Below are positions 30,122-40,752 of a stretch of 64,000 nucleotides of DNA, in pieces; position 1 is the first letter of the stretch, and each line of letters starts with the position of its first letter. The position numbers and the translations under genes were made by a program. Location: positions 13,576 to 77,575 of the forward strand of contig CAVWHY010000003.1 of NCBI GenBank assembly GCA_963754955.1, read 5' to 3'. Below the pieces are notes generated by a model. The model was not told where the DNA came from. It saw only the letters and a program-made list of their open reading frames with translations, and did no database searches. Origin of the DNA: an uncultured Acidobacteriota bacterium (GTDB lineage: Bacteria; Acidobacteriota; Vicinamibacteria; Vicinamibacterales; CAVVIG01).

Positions 30122-32265
30122 ATGCGCTGGCAGAAAGCCGCACGGATCGTGATGGCGTTCGTGGCCGTGGCCGTGTGTGTCGCCGTCGGGGTGACGTTCA
30201 AGCGCCGTGGCGGAACGGCGCCGACCGCGTCGCTCGTCCGGACCGATCCCCGCGCCGTCGTCGAAAGCACGAGCGGAACCTCGGTGCGTTTCAAGAGCGG
30301 CCACGAGGACGTTCGCGTCGAATACGAGCGGCAGCTGACCTACCAGGACGGGACGACGAAGCTGATTGGCGTGAAGGTGTCGACCGAAGATCGCGGCGAC
30401 GGCCGATCGTTCGTCGTGACCGGGAAGGAAGGCGACGTCGGCAAAGACGAGTCCGTCGTCAATCTGAGCGGCGACGTGAAGCTGGTCGAGAAAGACGGGT
30501 TCACGGCCCGCACCGGCCGCGCGTCGTACGACAGCCGGGACGGCCTGGTCCGGGCGCCGGGGCCGGTGGAGTTCTTCCACGGCACGGCTGTCGGGCTCCG
30601 GGCAGGGCATGACGTACGACAAGAACACGGACACCCTGACGATTCTCGACAAGGCCGTCATGCACATGGCGCCCGACGAGGCCGGCCTCGGCGGGGCCGA
30701 GGTCAGGGCCGGCGCCGCGATTTTCGCGAGGCGCGAGCACAACGTGCGGTTCGAGCGCCTGGTGCAAATCGTTCGCGAAGGCCAGGTCATCAACGCCGAC
30801 AACGGCATCGCGCATCTCAGCCAGAACGAAGAACGCGTGGAGTCCCTTCAACTCCACGGCGGCGCGACGATTGCCAGCACCGCCGCGACTGCCGGGGGCC
30901 TCAAGGGGCTGAACGGCCAGGACGTGACGCTGAACTACGCCGCCGACGGCCAGGCCCTGGAGCACGCGATCGTGACCGGCGACGCGTCGATTCAGATTGC
31001 CGGCGAAGCGCGGAAGCCTGTGCGGCAGATCAGCGCCGGCACAGTCGAGATCACGCTGGCGCCAGACGGCACGACGCCGACGCTGCTGACCGGCCGTGAC
31101 AACGTACAGCTCACGCTGCCGGCGGAAGAGCGCGGTTCCGTCGCGCGCACGATCAAGGCGGCCTCGCTCGACGCCGACGGCGAGCCGGGCCGCGGTCTGA
31201 CCAAGGCGCGGTTCACCGGCAACGTCGACTTCCTCGAGAAGAGCGCGACGGTGGACCGCGACGCGCGCTCGGCGCGCCTCGAAGTCGGGCTGAAGCAGGG
31301 CTTCAGCGCGTTCGACCAGGCCGCGTTTTCGGGCGGCGTCCGCTTCGCGGACCCGAAGTTCTTCGGCACCGCGGCCAGCGTCAAGTACAACGTCGACACC
31401 AGCGCGCTGGACATGACCGGCAGCGAGCCAGCCATCCCCGTGCCGCACGTGGCCACGGATCAGATCGCCGTGGACGCCACGCGGATCGAGGTCGTGCTCG
31501 GCGGCCCGACGATGCACGCGACGGGGAACGTCAAGAGCGTCCTGCAGCCGCCGAAGAAATCCGATAAGGGAGCGGACAAGCCGGCCGAAACGAAAATACC
31601 CTCGATGCTGAAGCAGAACCAGCCCGTGAACGTGACCGCGGCCTCGCTTCGCTACGACGGCGCGACATCCGGCGCGACCTACGAAGGAACGGCTCAGTTG
31701 TGGCAGTCCGATACGAGCATCAAGGGCGACACGATCGGCATCGACAGCAAGACCGGTGACATCACCGCCTCGGGTTCCGTGATCACCACGACGATGCTCG
31801 ACCAGCAGGACAAAGACAAGAAGAAGAAAGAGCGCGTCCGAAACATGGGGACGTCGAAGGAATTCAAATACGAGGACGAGCCGCACCGCGCCACGTGGAC
31901 GGGCGACGTTCACCTGAATGGCCCGTCAGGCGACGTGATCGCCGAGAAATTCGAGGCGTATCTCAAGGAGTCGGGCAGCGAGCTCGAGCGCGCCGAGGCG
32001 CACGATGCCGGCAACAGCCTGACGCTTGCGCGAGCAGGGCAGGAAGACCACCGGCACGCACCTGACCTACACGTCCGCGGACGAAATCTACGTCGTCACC
32101 GGTCTGCCCGTGGCCATCGTGGACCAGTGCGGCCGCGAAACGAAGGGCCGGACGTTGACCTTCCACAAGGCGACCGATACGATTCAAATCGACGGCAACG
32201 ATCGCGCCCGTACGCAGACAAAGGGCAGCGGCGCCAGCGGCAACAGCAACGACAAGTGTCAGTGA
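30122..32265 (+). CDS. long LptC/LptA (OstA-like) family LPS-transport periplasmic protein, two frame breaks (~30585, ~32020)
   Basis: ATG 30122 gives a membrane anchor ([22 protein letters not shown]) and an LptC-like fold. ORF 30609..32285 ([13 protein letters not shown]...) holds several OstA-like beta-jellyroll repeats. ORF 32026..32265 gives an LptA-like end ([18 protein letters not shown]). Directly upstream of lptB. Confidence 0.6.
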
Positions 32266-32284
32266 TCTCACTCGCGCGGCGCTG

Positions 32285-33010
32285 ATGGCCACTCTTCGGA
32301 CCCAGGATCTCACCAAGTCGTATGGCGGCCGGACCGTCGTCCGCGGCGTCAGCCTCGAGGTGGCGTCGGGCGAGGTCGTCGGCCTGCTCGGCCCCAACGG
32401 CGCAGGCAAGACGACCACGTTCTACATGACGGTCGGCCTCGCCGCGCCCGATTCCGGGCGTGTCATCCTCGACGGTCTCGACGTCACCGACGATCCGATG
32501 TACATCCGGGCCCGCAAGGGGATCGGCTACCTCCCGCAGGAGCCGTCGATCTTCCGCGGGATGACCGTCGAGCAGAATATTCTTGCCATTCTGGAAACGA
32601 TGGACATCGACGGCGCAGCAAGGCGAGCCAGGCTGCGCGAACTGCTGGCCGAACTGAACCTCACGCCGCTGGCCCAGTCGCCGGCCCATACGCTGTCGGG
32701 CGGCGAGCGGCGGCGGGCGGAAATTACACGGGCGCTCGTGATTTCACCGAAATTCATCCTGCTCGACGAGCCCTTCGCCGGCATCGATCCCATTGCCGTG
32801 ACCGACATCCAGAAGATCATCTTCCACCTGCGCACTCGCGGCATCGGCGTCCTCATCACGGATCACAACGTCCGCGAGACGCTCCGCATCACCGATCGGG
32901 CGTATATCGTCCACGGCGGGGTCATCTTCAAGAGCGGCACTCCCGACAGCCTGGCCGCCGATGAAGAAGTTCGTCGGATTTATCTGGGGACCGAGTTCCG
33001 GTTGGACTAA
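32285..33010 (+). CDS. lptB: LPS export ABC transporter ATP-binding protein
   Basis: 241 aa with Walker [10 protein letters not shown], signature LSGGERRR and Walker [13 protein letters not shown]. Sits in the position before rpoN. Confidence 0.9.
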   Translation: MATLRTQDLTKSYGGRTVVRGVSLEVASGEVVGLLGPNGAGKTTTFYMTVGLAAPDSGRVILDGLDVTDDPMYIRARKGIGYLPQEPSIFRGMTVEQNILAILETMDIDGAARRARLRELLAELNLTPLAQSPAHTLSGGERRRAEITRALVISPKFILLDEPFAGIDPIAVTDIQKIIFHLRTRGIGVLITDHNVRETLRITDRAYIVHGGVIFKSGTPDSLAADEEVRRIYLGTEFRLD

Positions 33011-33130
33011 AATAAGGCGTGGGATTTGCATCAGACGCCGGTCCGCGGCCATTTCGGGTCCGCGGAGTTGCAGGCGTTCTCTGGACTAACTAGTTATAAG
33101 CAGGCACTTTAGCTGACCGCACACGGCTCA

Positions 33131-34567
33131 ATGGGCATCCAGCAGAGGCTTCACACAAAACTCGTTCAGAAGCTCATCCTGACGCCATCGTTGCAACAGG
33201 CGATCAAGCTGTTGCCGATGTCGACGCTCGAGTTGTCCGACCTTCTCAACCAGGAAATGGTCGAGAACCCGATGCTCGAGGAGGTCCCGACCGAGGACCT
33301 TCAGCCGGCGGAGGTATCGACGGCGCAGGAGACCGAGAAACAGAACCCGGCCGAAGCCGCAAACAAGACCGACACCTGGGACGACCAGGACTACGAATAC
33401 TTCTTCGGCGACTACCTCGACGACGGCTACCGCCCGCGGGCTCCGCAGGAGGTCAAGGAACTTCCTCCGATCGAGAACACGCTGTCGACCGCCACGTCGC
33501 TGTCCGATCACCTGATGTGGCAGCTCTCGATGCAGACCGACGACCCGCTCATTCGGGAAATCGGGTCGGCCATCATCGGCAACCTCGATGACGACGGTTA
33601 TCTGGTGGCGTCGTTCGAAGAGCTGGCCGAGATGGGCTCGTGGCCCGTCGCGGATGTCGAGCGCGCGCTGCGGCTGGTGCAGGGGTTCGATCCGGTCGGC
33701 GTCGCGGCCCGCGACCTCCAGGAGTGCCTGCTGCTGCAGCTGCGGCACCTTGGTCTCGAGGGCACGCCGACGGAAAAGGTGGTCACCGATCACCTCCGGC
33801 TGCTGCAGAACCACCAGGTTCCGGAAATCGCCCGCAAGCTCGGGTTGACCATCGACGACCTCAAAGAACACATCGAAATCATCCGCAACCTCGATCCCAA
33901 GCCCGGCAGCCGTTACAACCCGACGCAATCCCAGTACGTCATCCCCGACGTGTACGTCATCAAGGTCGAGGATCAGTACGTCGCGGTGCTGAACGAAGAC
34001 GGGCTGCCGCAGATGCGCATCAGCCCGGTGTACCGCCGGCTGCTCGACAAGGGCGCGGCCGGCAACAACGACGAGACGCGCGCGTACGTGAAGGACAAGT
34101 TCCGCTCCGCGCTGTGGCTGATCAAGTCGGTCGAACAGCGGCAGAAGACGATCCACAAGGTCGCCAACAGCATCATCAATTTCCAGCGCGACTTCCTCGA
34201 CCACGGCATCGAACACCTGCGGCCGCTGGTGCTGCGCGACGTCGCCAACGACATCGGCATGCACGAGTCCACCGTCAGCCGCGTCGTGACGAACAAGTAC
34301 ATGCACACGCCGCAGGGCGTGTTCGAGATGAAGTACTTCTTCCACAGCGGCATCAGCAGCTCGTACGGCGAGAGCGTCTCGTCGGTCACGATCAAGCAGC
34401 GCATCCGGAAGATCATCGAGAACGAGGATCCGCGAAAGCCGCTGAGCGACTCGAAGATCGTGAGCATCCTGCAGCGCGAGGGGCTCGTGCTGGCGCGGCG
34501 CACCATCGCGAAGTACCGCGAGGAGCTGAAGATCTCGACGTCGAATCAGCGCAAAGTGCTGTACTGA
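33131..34567 (+). CDS. rpoN: RNA polymerase sigma-54 factor
   Basis: 478 aa. N-terminal Q/L-rich region I (QQRLHTKLVQKLILTPSLQQAIKLL) and the C-terminal RpoN box ARRTIAKYRE. Confidence 0.95.
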   Translation: MGIQQRLHTKLVQKLILTPSLQQAIKLLPMSTLELSDLLNQEMVENPMLEEVPTEDLQPAEVSTAQETEKQNPAEAANKTDTWDDQDYEYFFGDYLDDGYRPRAPQEVKELPPIENTLSTATSLSDHLMWQLSMQTDDPLIREIGSAIIGNLDDDGYLVASFEELAEMGSWPVADVERALRLVQGFDPVGVAARDLQECLLLQLRHLGLEGTPTEKVVTDHLRLLQNHQVPEIARKLGLTIDDLKEHIEIIRNLDPKPGSRYNPTQSQYVIPDVYVIKVEDQYVAVLNEDGLPQMRISPVYRRLLDKGAAGNNDETRAYVKDKFRSALWLIKSVEQRQKTIHKVANSIINFQRDFLDHGIEHLRPLVLRDVANDIGMHESTVSRVVTNKYMHTPQGVFEMKYFFHSGISSSYGESVSSVTIKQRIRKIIENEDPRKPLSDSKIVSILQREGLVLARRTIAKYREELKISTSNQRKVLY

Positions 34568-34590
34568 TGGTCGTGTTCACGGAGAGTTAG

Positions 34591-35601
34591 TTGACCGCAG
34601 CGCCTGGCGTCACCGTTCGCGGCCTGCTCAACAGCCGCCCCGACGCCCTGGGCCTCTCCATCGAACTGCTGGCCGGGGCCGCGGGCCTCGATCGACGAAT
34701 CACCAACCCGCACAGCCAGAAGACGGGGCTGGCGCTCGCCGGTTTCCAGGAGTATCTGCGGCCGGGCCGCGTGCTGATTTTCGGCGAGAGCGAGATCCGG
34801 TATCTCGAGAGCCTCGACGCGGCGACCCGGCTGCGCACCCTCGGCCTCGCGCTCACGGTCGATTTTCCCTGCGTCCTCATCACGGGCGGCTTCACGCCGC
34901 CGCCGGAGGTCGCGTTCGTCGCCGAGCAGACGGACCTGCCCGTGCTCCAGACGCCGGTGGCCACGCCGACGGCGATCGCCAAGCTGACCTCCATCCTTGA
35001 AGATTCGCTGGCCGAGCGCACGGTGATGCACGCGGTGCTCATGGACATCCTCGGCCTTGGCGTGCTGATCGTCGGCGACAGCGGCATCGGCAAGAGCGAA
35101 TGCGCGCTCGATCTGATCGTGCGCGGCCACCGTCTCGTCGCGGACGACACGGTGGAAATCCGCCGGCGGGCCGAAACGGTCCTCATCGGCACGTGTCCCG
35201 AACTGACGCGCCACCACATGGAACTGCGCGGCGTCGGCGTCATCAACGTCAAGGATCTGTTCGGCATCGCGTCCACGCGCTCGTCGAAGCGGGTGGAACT
35301 GGTGGTCCGGCTCGAACGCTGGGATCCGGCCCGCGAGTACGAGCGGCTCGGCCTGGACGACGAGTTCTTCGAGGTACTCGGCCTTCCGGTGCCGCTCATC
35401 CGCATGCCGGTGGCGCCCGGTCGCAGCGTGGCGATCCTGGTCGAGGTGGCTGCGCGCAATCAGCTGTTGCGGTCCCGGGGCCACCACGCGGCGCGGGCTC
35501 TCGCCGACCGTCTCGAAGAGGCGCTGCGCAAGGGCGCTCCCTTCGGCCGGACGGGCAAGGGCGAAGACGACGGCGACGAGGACGAGGAGAACGCCGAGTG
35601 A
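34591..35601 (+). CDS. hprK: HPr kinase/phosphorylase
   Basis: 336 aa (TTG start). P-loop GDSGIGKSECALDL, then HRLVADDTVEI. Confidence 0.9.
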   Translation: MTAAPGVTVRGLLNSRPDALGLSIELLAGAAGLDRRITNPHSQKTGLALAGFQEYLRPGRVLIFGESEIRYLESLDAATRLRTLGLALTVDFPCVLITGGFTPPPEVAFVAEQTDLPVLQTPVATPTAIAKLTSILEDSLAERTVMHAVLMDILGLGVLIVGDSGIGKSECALDLIVRGHRLVADDTVEIRRRAETVLIGTCPELTRHHMELRGVGVINVKDLFGIASTRSSKRVELVVRLERWDPAREYERLGLDDEFFEVLGLPVPLIRMPVAPGRSVAILVEVAARNQLLRSRGHHAARALADRLEEALRKGAPFGRTGKGEDDGDEDEENAE

Positions 35602-36539
35602 GTAAACGCGCGCGCGCGGCGGGCAAGACCGGCAAGCCGGCGGGGGCGGCCAAGCCGGTTCGAGCCGGCAAATCGGGACAGCCGTTCATCATCCTCACCG
35701 GCCTGTCGGGATCCGGCAAGTCGCAGGCGATCCGCGCGCTCGAGGATCTCGGGTATTTCTGCGTGGACAACCTGCCGACCACGCTGATTCCGACGATGGC
35801 GAAGCTCTCGCTGAAGGCCGGCGGCGACATCGACAAGGTCGCCATCGTCGTGGACGTGCGCGAAGGCAACCTGCTGTCCTCGCTGCCCAAGATGCTCGCG
35901 CGGCTGCGCCGGATGCCGCGGCTGAACCCGGTATTGATTTTCCTGGAGGCGAGTCACGAGGCGCTGGTGAGGCGCTTCAGCGAAACGCGGCGGCCCCATC
36001 CGCTCGCACCGGACCGCTCGGTCACCGAAGGGATTCGCGACGAGCACGCGCGTCTGCGGCCCGTCCGGGAGCTGGCCGACGAGATCGTCGACACGTCGGA
36101 CATGACCGTTCACGAGCTGCGCCAGTTCTTCATGGCGCTGTCGCGCGATCGCAGCCGAGCCAAGCTCGTGATGACGATCGTCAGCTTCGGGTACAAGTAC
36201 GGCCTGCCGGTCGACGCCGATCTGGCCTTCGACGTCCGCTGCCTTCCGAACCCGCACTTCGTGCCCGGCTTGCGGCGCCGCACGGGCCGCGACCGGGCCG
36301 TCGTCGCCTTCATGGAACGCGACGCTTCCACCCGCGAGTTCATGGATCGGCTCGGCGCCTACCTGCAGTACGTCGTGCCGTACTACATCGCGGAAGGCAA
36401 GAGCTACCTGACGGTCGCCATCGGCTGTACCGGCGGACGCCACCGCTCGGTCATGATCGCCGAGCGTCTCAAACGGGCCTTGAGCGATACACCGGGCGTC
36501 CGCGTGCGGGTGCGCCATCGCGACGTGGGTCGCGCATGA
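35598..36539 (+). CDS. rapZ: RNase adapter protein RapZ (P-loop NTPase)
   Basis: GTG 35598 overlaps the hprK stop (GTGA). Motifs: FIILTGLSGSGKSQAIRALEDLGYFCVDNLP ... FDVRCLPNPHF ... GCTGGRHRSV. Confidence 0.9.
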   Translation: MSKRARAAGKTGKPAGAAKPVRAGKSGQPFIILTGLSGSGKSQAIRALEDLGYFCVDNLPTTLIPTMAKLSLKAGGDIDKVAIVVDVREGNLLSSLPKMLARLRRMPRLNPVLIFLEASHEALVRRFSETRRPHPLAPDRSVTEGIRDEHARLRPVRELADEIVDTSDMTVHELRQFFMALSRDRSRAKLVMTIVSFGYKYGLPVDADLAFDVRCLPNPHFVPGLRRRTGRDRAVVAFMERDASTREFMDRLGAYLQYVVPYYIAEGKSYLTVAIGCTGGRHRSVMIAERLKRALSDTPGVRVRVRHRDVGRA

Positions 36540-36595
36540 CGGCTCCCGTCGGCCGTTGTCGCGGGCCGGTCTTCGTGGTTGAATGACGGGCTGAC

Positions 36596-37010
36596 ATGAT
36601 TGGCGTCGTGGTCGTTACGCACGGACAACTCGCGGTCGAGCTGGTCAACGCCGCGGAAATGATCGTCGGCGACCTGCCGCAGTTCACCGCCGTCTCGATC
36701 GGCTGGCACGACGATGTCGGCGATGCGCGCGAGGAAATCGGGCAGGCCATCGACGCGGGTGCGCTCTGACGGCGGAGTGCTCCTCCTGACCGACATGTTC
36801 GGCGGCACGCCGTCCAACCTCGGCATGACGTTTCTCGAGACGGACCACGTCGAGGTGATCACCGGCGTGAACCTGCCGATGCTGATCAAACTGGCTGATC
36901 TCGCCCGGTCGTCGGACCTGCTGGCGGTCGCCCACGAGATGCGCGATCACGGCCGCAATGCCATCTGGGTCGCGTCCGATCTGCTCAGGGCCGAGAAGGC
37001 CGGCGCATGA
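36596..37010 (+). CDS. PTS EIIA component, mannose/fructose family, one frame break (~36757)
   Basis: ATG 36596 gives MIGVVVVTHGQLAVEL (active-site His region). It continues in ORF 36714..37010 (VLLLTDMFGGTPSN). The span is 415 nt = 3n+1. The break is at a GGG run. Confidence 0.8.
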
Positions 37011-37285
37011 CGTCCCGCACCGTGCCCGTGGTCAATCAGCTCGGCATGCACGCGCGTGCGGCCGCGAAGTTCGTGCACATGGCGGCGCGGTTTCAGGCCC
37101 ACGTCACGGTGGCCCGGGAAACCCGCGAGATGGACGGGAAGAGCATCATGGGCCTGCTGCTCCTGGCGGCGGCCCGCGGTACGACAATCACCATCAGCGC
37201 CGAGGGCGTCGACGAGCGGGAGGCCGTTGAGGGTCTCTGCGCGCTCGTCGCCTCCGGCTTCGACGAGGGCGTATGCAGCGACTGA
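37007..37285 (+). CDS. ptsH: phosphocarrier protein HPr
   Basis: 92 aa. NQLGMHARAA (His-15 region) and GKSIMGLL (Ser-46 region, the HprK target). ATGA overlap with the EIIA gene. Confidence 0.85.
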   Translation: MTSRTVPVVNQLGMHARAAAKFVHMAARFQAHVTVARETREMDGKSIMGLLLLAAARGTTITISAEGVDEREAVEGLCALVASGFDEGVCSD

Positions 37286-39061
37286 CCGGAATCGGGGTCT
37301 CGCCGGGCGTCGTGGCGGGCCGGGCCGTCATCCTCATTCAGCGCGAGCAGGTGCTGCGCTATCACGTGCCCGCCGCCCGCCTCGACCACGAGCTCGAACG
37401 GCTGCAGGCGAGCCGCGAGCGGGCCCGGCAGCAGCTGACGGGCATCCGCACCGGTGTCGCGGAGCGGCGCGGACCGGACATCGCGTCGATTTTCGACGCC
37501 CAGATCCTGATGCTGGACGATCCGATGCTGGTGCCGCGCGCCGCCGATCTCGTCCGCCAGCAGCGGGTCAACGCCGAGTGGGCGATCCAGCGCGTGTTCC
37601 AGGAATTCAGCGCCGTCTTCGACGAGATCGCGGATCCGTACCTGCGCGAGCGCAAGGGCGACGTGGCGGACCTCGTGGGCCGGCTGAAGATGAACCTGCG
37701 CCCCGGCATGGCGACGCCCCGGGACCTGCTTCGCGAACTCGACGAAGCCTCGGTGCTGATTGCCGACGAGTTGACCCCGTCCCTGGTCGCGCAGATCGAC
37801 TGGACGCGGGTGCGCGGCTTCGCCACCGACGCCGGCAGCCGCACGTACCACTCGGCCATCCTCGCGCGCTCGCTCGAGGTCCCGGCGGTCGTGGGACTCT
37901 ACGACGCGAGCCGCGTGATTCAGCCCGGTCAGCTCGTGGTGATCGACGGTTCGGCGAGCGAAGTGATCGTGGACCCGAGCGATGACGTGCTCGCACGGGC
38001 ATCCGGGCAGCGGGACGACCGCACCCCTGCTGCGGGCCCGGCGCACGAGCGGCGCGGCCCGGCCGTCACCGCAGACGGCGTTCGCATCCGGCTCGACGCG
38101 AACATCGAGTTTCCCGACGATCTGGCCGCAGCGCGGTATGCGGGGGCCGAAGGCATCGGGCTGTTCCGCTCGGAGTTCCTGCTGACGAGCGCGACACCCA
38201 CACCCGAGACCGCCGCCGCAGGCGGCGGTCTCGGCATCAGTGAGGATATCCAGTACGAGATCTACCGCGGCATGCTCGAAGGCATGGCGCCCGGACCGGT
38301 GACCGTGCGCACCTTCGACGTGGACGAAGACCAGCTGACGCGGCCGCTGGCCGACGGCTGGGTGGCGGACGCCGAACGGGCGGGCCGCCAGGGGCTTCGC
38401 GGGCTGCGCCTGAGCCTCGCGCGCCCGGAGCTGTTCCGCGTCCAGGTGCGCGCGCTGTTGCGGGCGGCGCGGCACGGCCAGCTTCGGATCATGTTTCCCT
38501 TCGTGTCGGGGGTGGAGCAGATCAGGGAGGGACGGCGGCTGGTGGACGAGGTCGCGGCCGAACTCGCCCGTGCCGGGCAGCCGCCGGCGCGCGTGCCGAT
38601 CGGCGTGATGATCGAGATTCCCGCGGCGGCCTACACGGCCGACCTCATTGCGCGCGAGGTCGACTTCTTCACCATCGGCACGAACGATCTCGATCCAGTA
38701 CTGCCTCGCCGTGGATCGCGCGGACGCGCGGGTGTCGGACATGTACGAGCCGCTGCACCCGGCCGTGCTGCGGATGATCGTGATGGCGCGGCGTGCCGCC
38801 ACACGCGCGCGGATCCCGGTGTCGCTCTGCGGAGAAATGGCGTCAGACCCGGCGCTGCTGACGCTGCTCGTCGGGCTCGGGCTCACGGATTTCAGCATGA
38901 CGCCGGCCGCGATCCCGACTGCCAGACAGGCGCTTGCGGAAATCCGCGCCGAGGATTTCCGGGCGCTCGCACGCCGTGTTATCGGCCTGCCGACCGCTCA
39001 CGACATCCAGCGTGAACTCGCCGCCGCGCTGGACGGGTTGGCGGCGGGGAGGAAGAACTAG
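37273..39061 (+). CDS. ptsI: phosphoenolpyruvate-protein phosphotransferase (PTS enzyme I), one frame break (~38692)
   Basis: ORF 37273..39015 has the phospho-His region (GSRTYHSAILARSLEVPAVVG) and ends ...FFTIGTNDL. ORF 38648..39061 continues IQYCLAVDRADARVSDMYEPLHPAVLRMI...CGEMA. The span is 1789 nt = 3n+1. Confidence 0.9.
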
Positions 39062-40167
39062 TGGACCGTCCTATTGAGTTGTACAGCGGTCATGCGATTC
39101 TCCGAGACGGGTCGGCATAGGCCCACCGAATGGGCGTCGCGGTCGTGTTGTAGTGCTTGATGTAGCGCATCAACTTGCGGCGGAGATCGGTGACCGATGT
39201 GAAGATGCCGCGTGCGGTGACATCGCGCTCGATCTTGGAGAACCAGAGCTCGACTTGGTTGAGCCACGACGAATACGTGGGCGTGTAATGCAGATGCACG
39301 TGTGGATGCGTCACCAAGAAGGTTCGGACCTGCTGCGTCTTGTGGGCCGAGAGATTGTCCACGATGATATGCATCTCGCGTCGGCGGGACTGCGTCTCGA
39401 CGACGGTCTGCAGGAAGCCGACGAATTCCGCGCTCGTGTGTCGGGCCGCGGTGTGGCCCACGACTTCGCCCGTCCGCGTGTTGAGCGCCGCATACAGCGA
39501 CAGCGTCCCATGCCGGTAGGTACTCGAAGCCGTGACGTTCGGCGCGGCCGGGCGACAACGGCAAGACCGGGTCGAGCCGATCGAGCGCTTGAATCGCCGT
39601 CTTCTCGTCGATGCAGAACACCACGGCGTGCTGCGGCGGATCGAGGTACAAGCCGATCACATCGGCGGCTTTCGTCTCGAACTCGGGATCAGTCGACCGC
39701 ATGTACCGCTCGAGTCGATGGGGCTGCAGGCCGGCGTGTCGCCAGGCCCGCGCGATAATCGTGTGTTGCACGCCCAGCTTGCGCCCGAGCGACCGTGTGG
39801 ACCAGTGCGTGGCGCCCTGCGGCGGCGGCCGTCGCGTCCACGTCATGATGCGCGCTTCCAAGGCGGGCGTCAGCACGGTCGGCTTCGAGCCCCGATGGCG
39901 GGCCGCCAAGCCGGCCAAGCCGTCCTTCGCGACGCGTTGCTTCCACAAGGCGATCGTCCGCGAACTGCATCCGGTCATCGTCGCAATCGAGGCGTAGCTG
40001 CAGCCGTCGGCGAGCAGCAGAATGACCCGCGCCCGTCGCGCGGCATCCGCGCGGCCGCGTCCCGATCGCACGCGCGCTTCGAGCTCGGTGCGTTGGTCGG
40101 CGGTCAGCACCAGCGATGTCGATGGCATGCGCCATCATACGATTTACAACTCGTTAGTACAAGCCAC
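39061..40167 (-). mobile_element. IS630-family insertion sequence (1107 bp) with TA target duplication
   Basis: Terminal inverted repeats are GTGGACCGTCCTATTGAGTTGTACAGC (left) and GTGGCTTGTACTAACGAGTTGTAAATC (right, reverse-complemented), 19/27 identical. TA is present at 39059-39060 and 40168-40169. One transposase gene inside. Confidence 0.8.
39090..40128 (-). CDS. IS630-family (Tc1/mariner-like DDE) transposase, one frame break (~39519)
   Basis: The N-terminal HTH part is in ORF 39058..40128 (...VVFCIDEKTAIQALDR...RAERHGFEY). The catalytic C-part is in ORF 39090..39461 (IIVDNLSAHKT...YTPTYSSWLNQVELWFSKIE). The span is 3n+1. Confidence 0.85.
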
Positions 40168-40169
40168 TA

Positions 40170-40264
40170 GGAATGCAGAATGAGGAATGCGGAATGAAGA
40201 ACGCCGAATGAAGAACGCCGAACCGCAGTTCTACATTCGCCGTTCTCCATTCTGCATTCCGTTC
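40170..40264. repeat. period-7 tandem-unit palindrome (GGAATGN / GAACGCC units)
   Basis: GGAATGCAGAATG (40170-40182) pairs perfectly with CATTCTGCATTCC (40248-40260). The interior holds GAATGAG GAATGCG GAATGAA GAACGCC GAATGAA GAACGCC units opposite GGCGAATGTAGAAC-type complements. It starts right after the IS630 target TA. Confidence 0.75.
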
Positions 40265-40290
40265 TGACGGAACGCGCGATCCGTCAGAAC
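40261..40290 (-). terminator. hairpin spanning the ssb stop codon (possible terminator)
   Basis: GTTCTGACGG-aacgcgcgat-CCGTCAGAAC, a perfect 10-bp stem. No clear U-tract. Confidence 0.4.
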
Positions 40291-40724
40291 GGAATATCGT
40301 CGTCGGTCAGCGGTTCGGACGCGTCCGGGCCCGGTGCATGGCTCCCCATGTCGCCGCCGCGATCGACCGATGCGCCACGGCCGCCGCCGCCCCCGCCCCC
40401 GCCGAGCAGCACGACGCGATCGCCCTTGATCTCGGTCGTGTATCGCTTGTTGCCGTCCTTGTCGTCCCACTGGCGTGTCTGCAGCTTGCCCTCGACGTAG
40501 ACCTGCTTGCCTTTGGTGAGATATTCGGTCAGCGATTCGGCCGTCTTGCCCCACAGCACCACGCGGTGCCATTCGGTCTTCTCCTGACGCTGTCCGGACT
40601 TGTCGTTCCAGACCTCCGTCGTCGCCATGTTGAGCGTGGCGACCGCGGCGCCACCTGGCGTGTAACGCAGTTCCGCATCGCGCCCGAGATTTCCCACGAG
40701 AATGACTTTGTTCACGCTGCCCAT
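40284..40724 (-). CDS. ssb: single-stranded DNA-binding protein
   Basis: 146 aa: [22 protein letters not shown]..., a glycine-rich linker and the acidic tip DDDIPF. Confidence 0.95.
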   Translation of the reverse strand: MGSVNKVILVGNLGRDAELRYTPGGAAVATLNMATTEVWNDKSGQRQEKTEWHRVVLWGKTAESLTEYLTKGKQVYVEGKLQTRQWDDKDGNKRYTTEIKGDRVVLLGGGGGGGGRGASVDRGGDMGSHAPGPDASEPLTDDDIPF

Positions 40725-40752
40725 AGATGCCTTTTGAGGAAGAAGACCAAAC

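Noticed and set aside
39505-39530. Programmed ribosomal frameshift in the IS630 transposase.
   Set aside because: No slippery heptamer or downstream structure is seen at the junction (GAG TAC C TAC CGG). The break has the same +1-insertion character as 22 other breaks in non-mobile genes.
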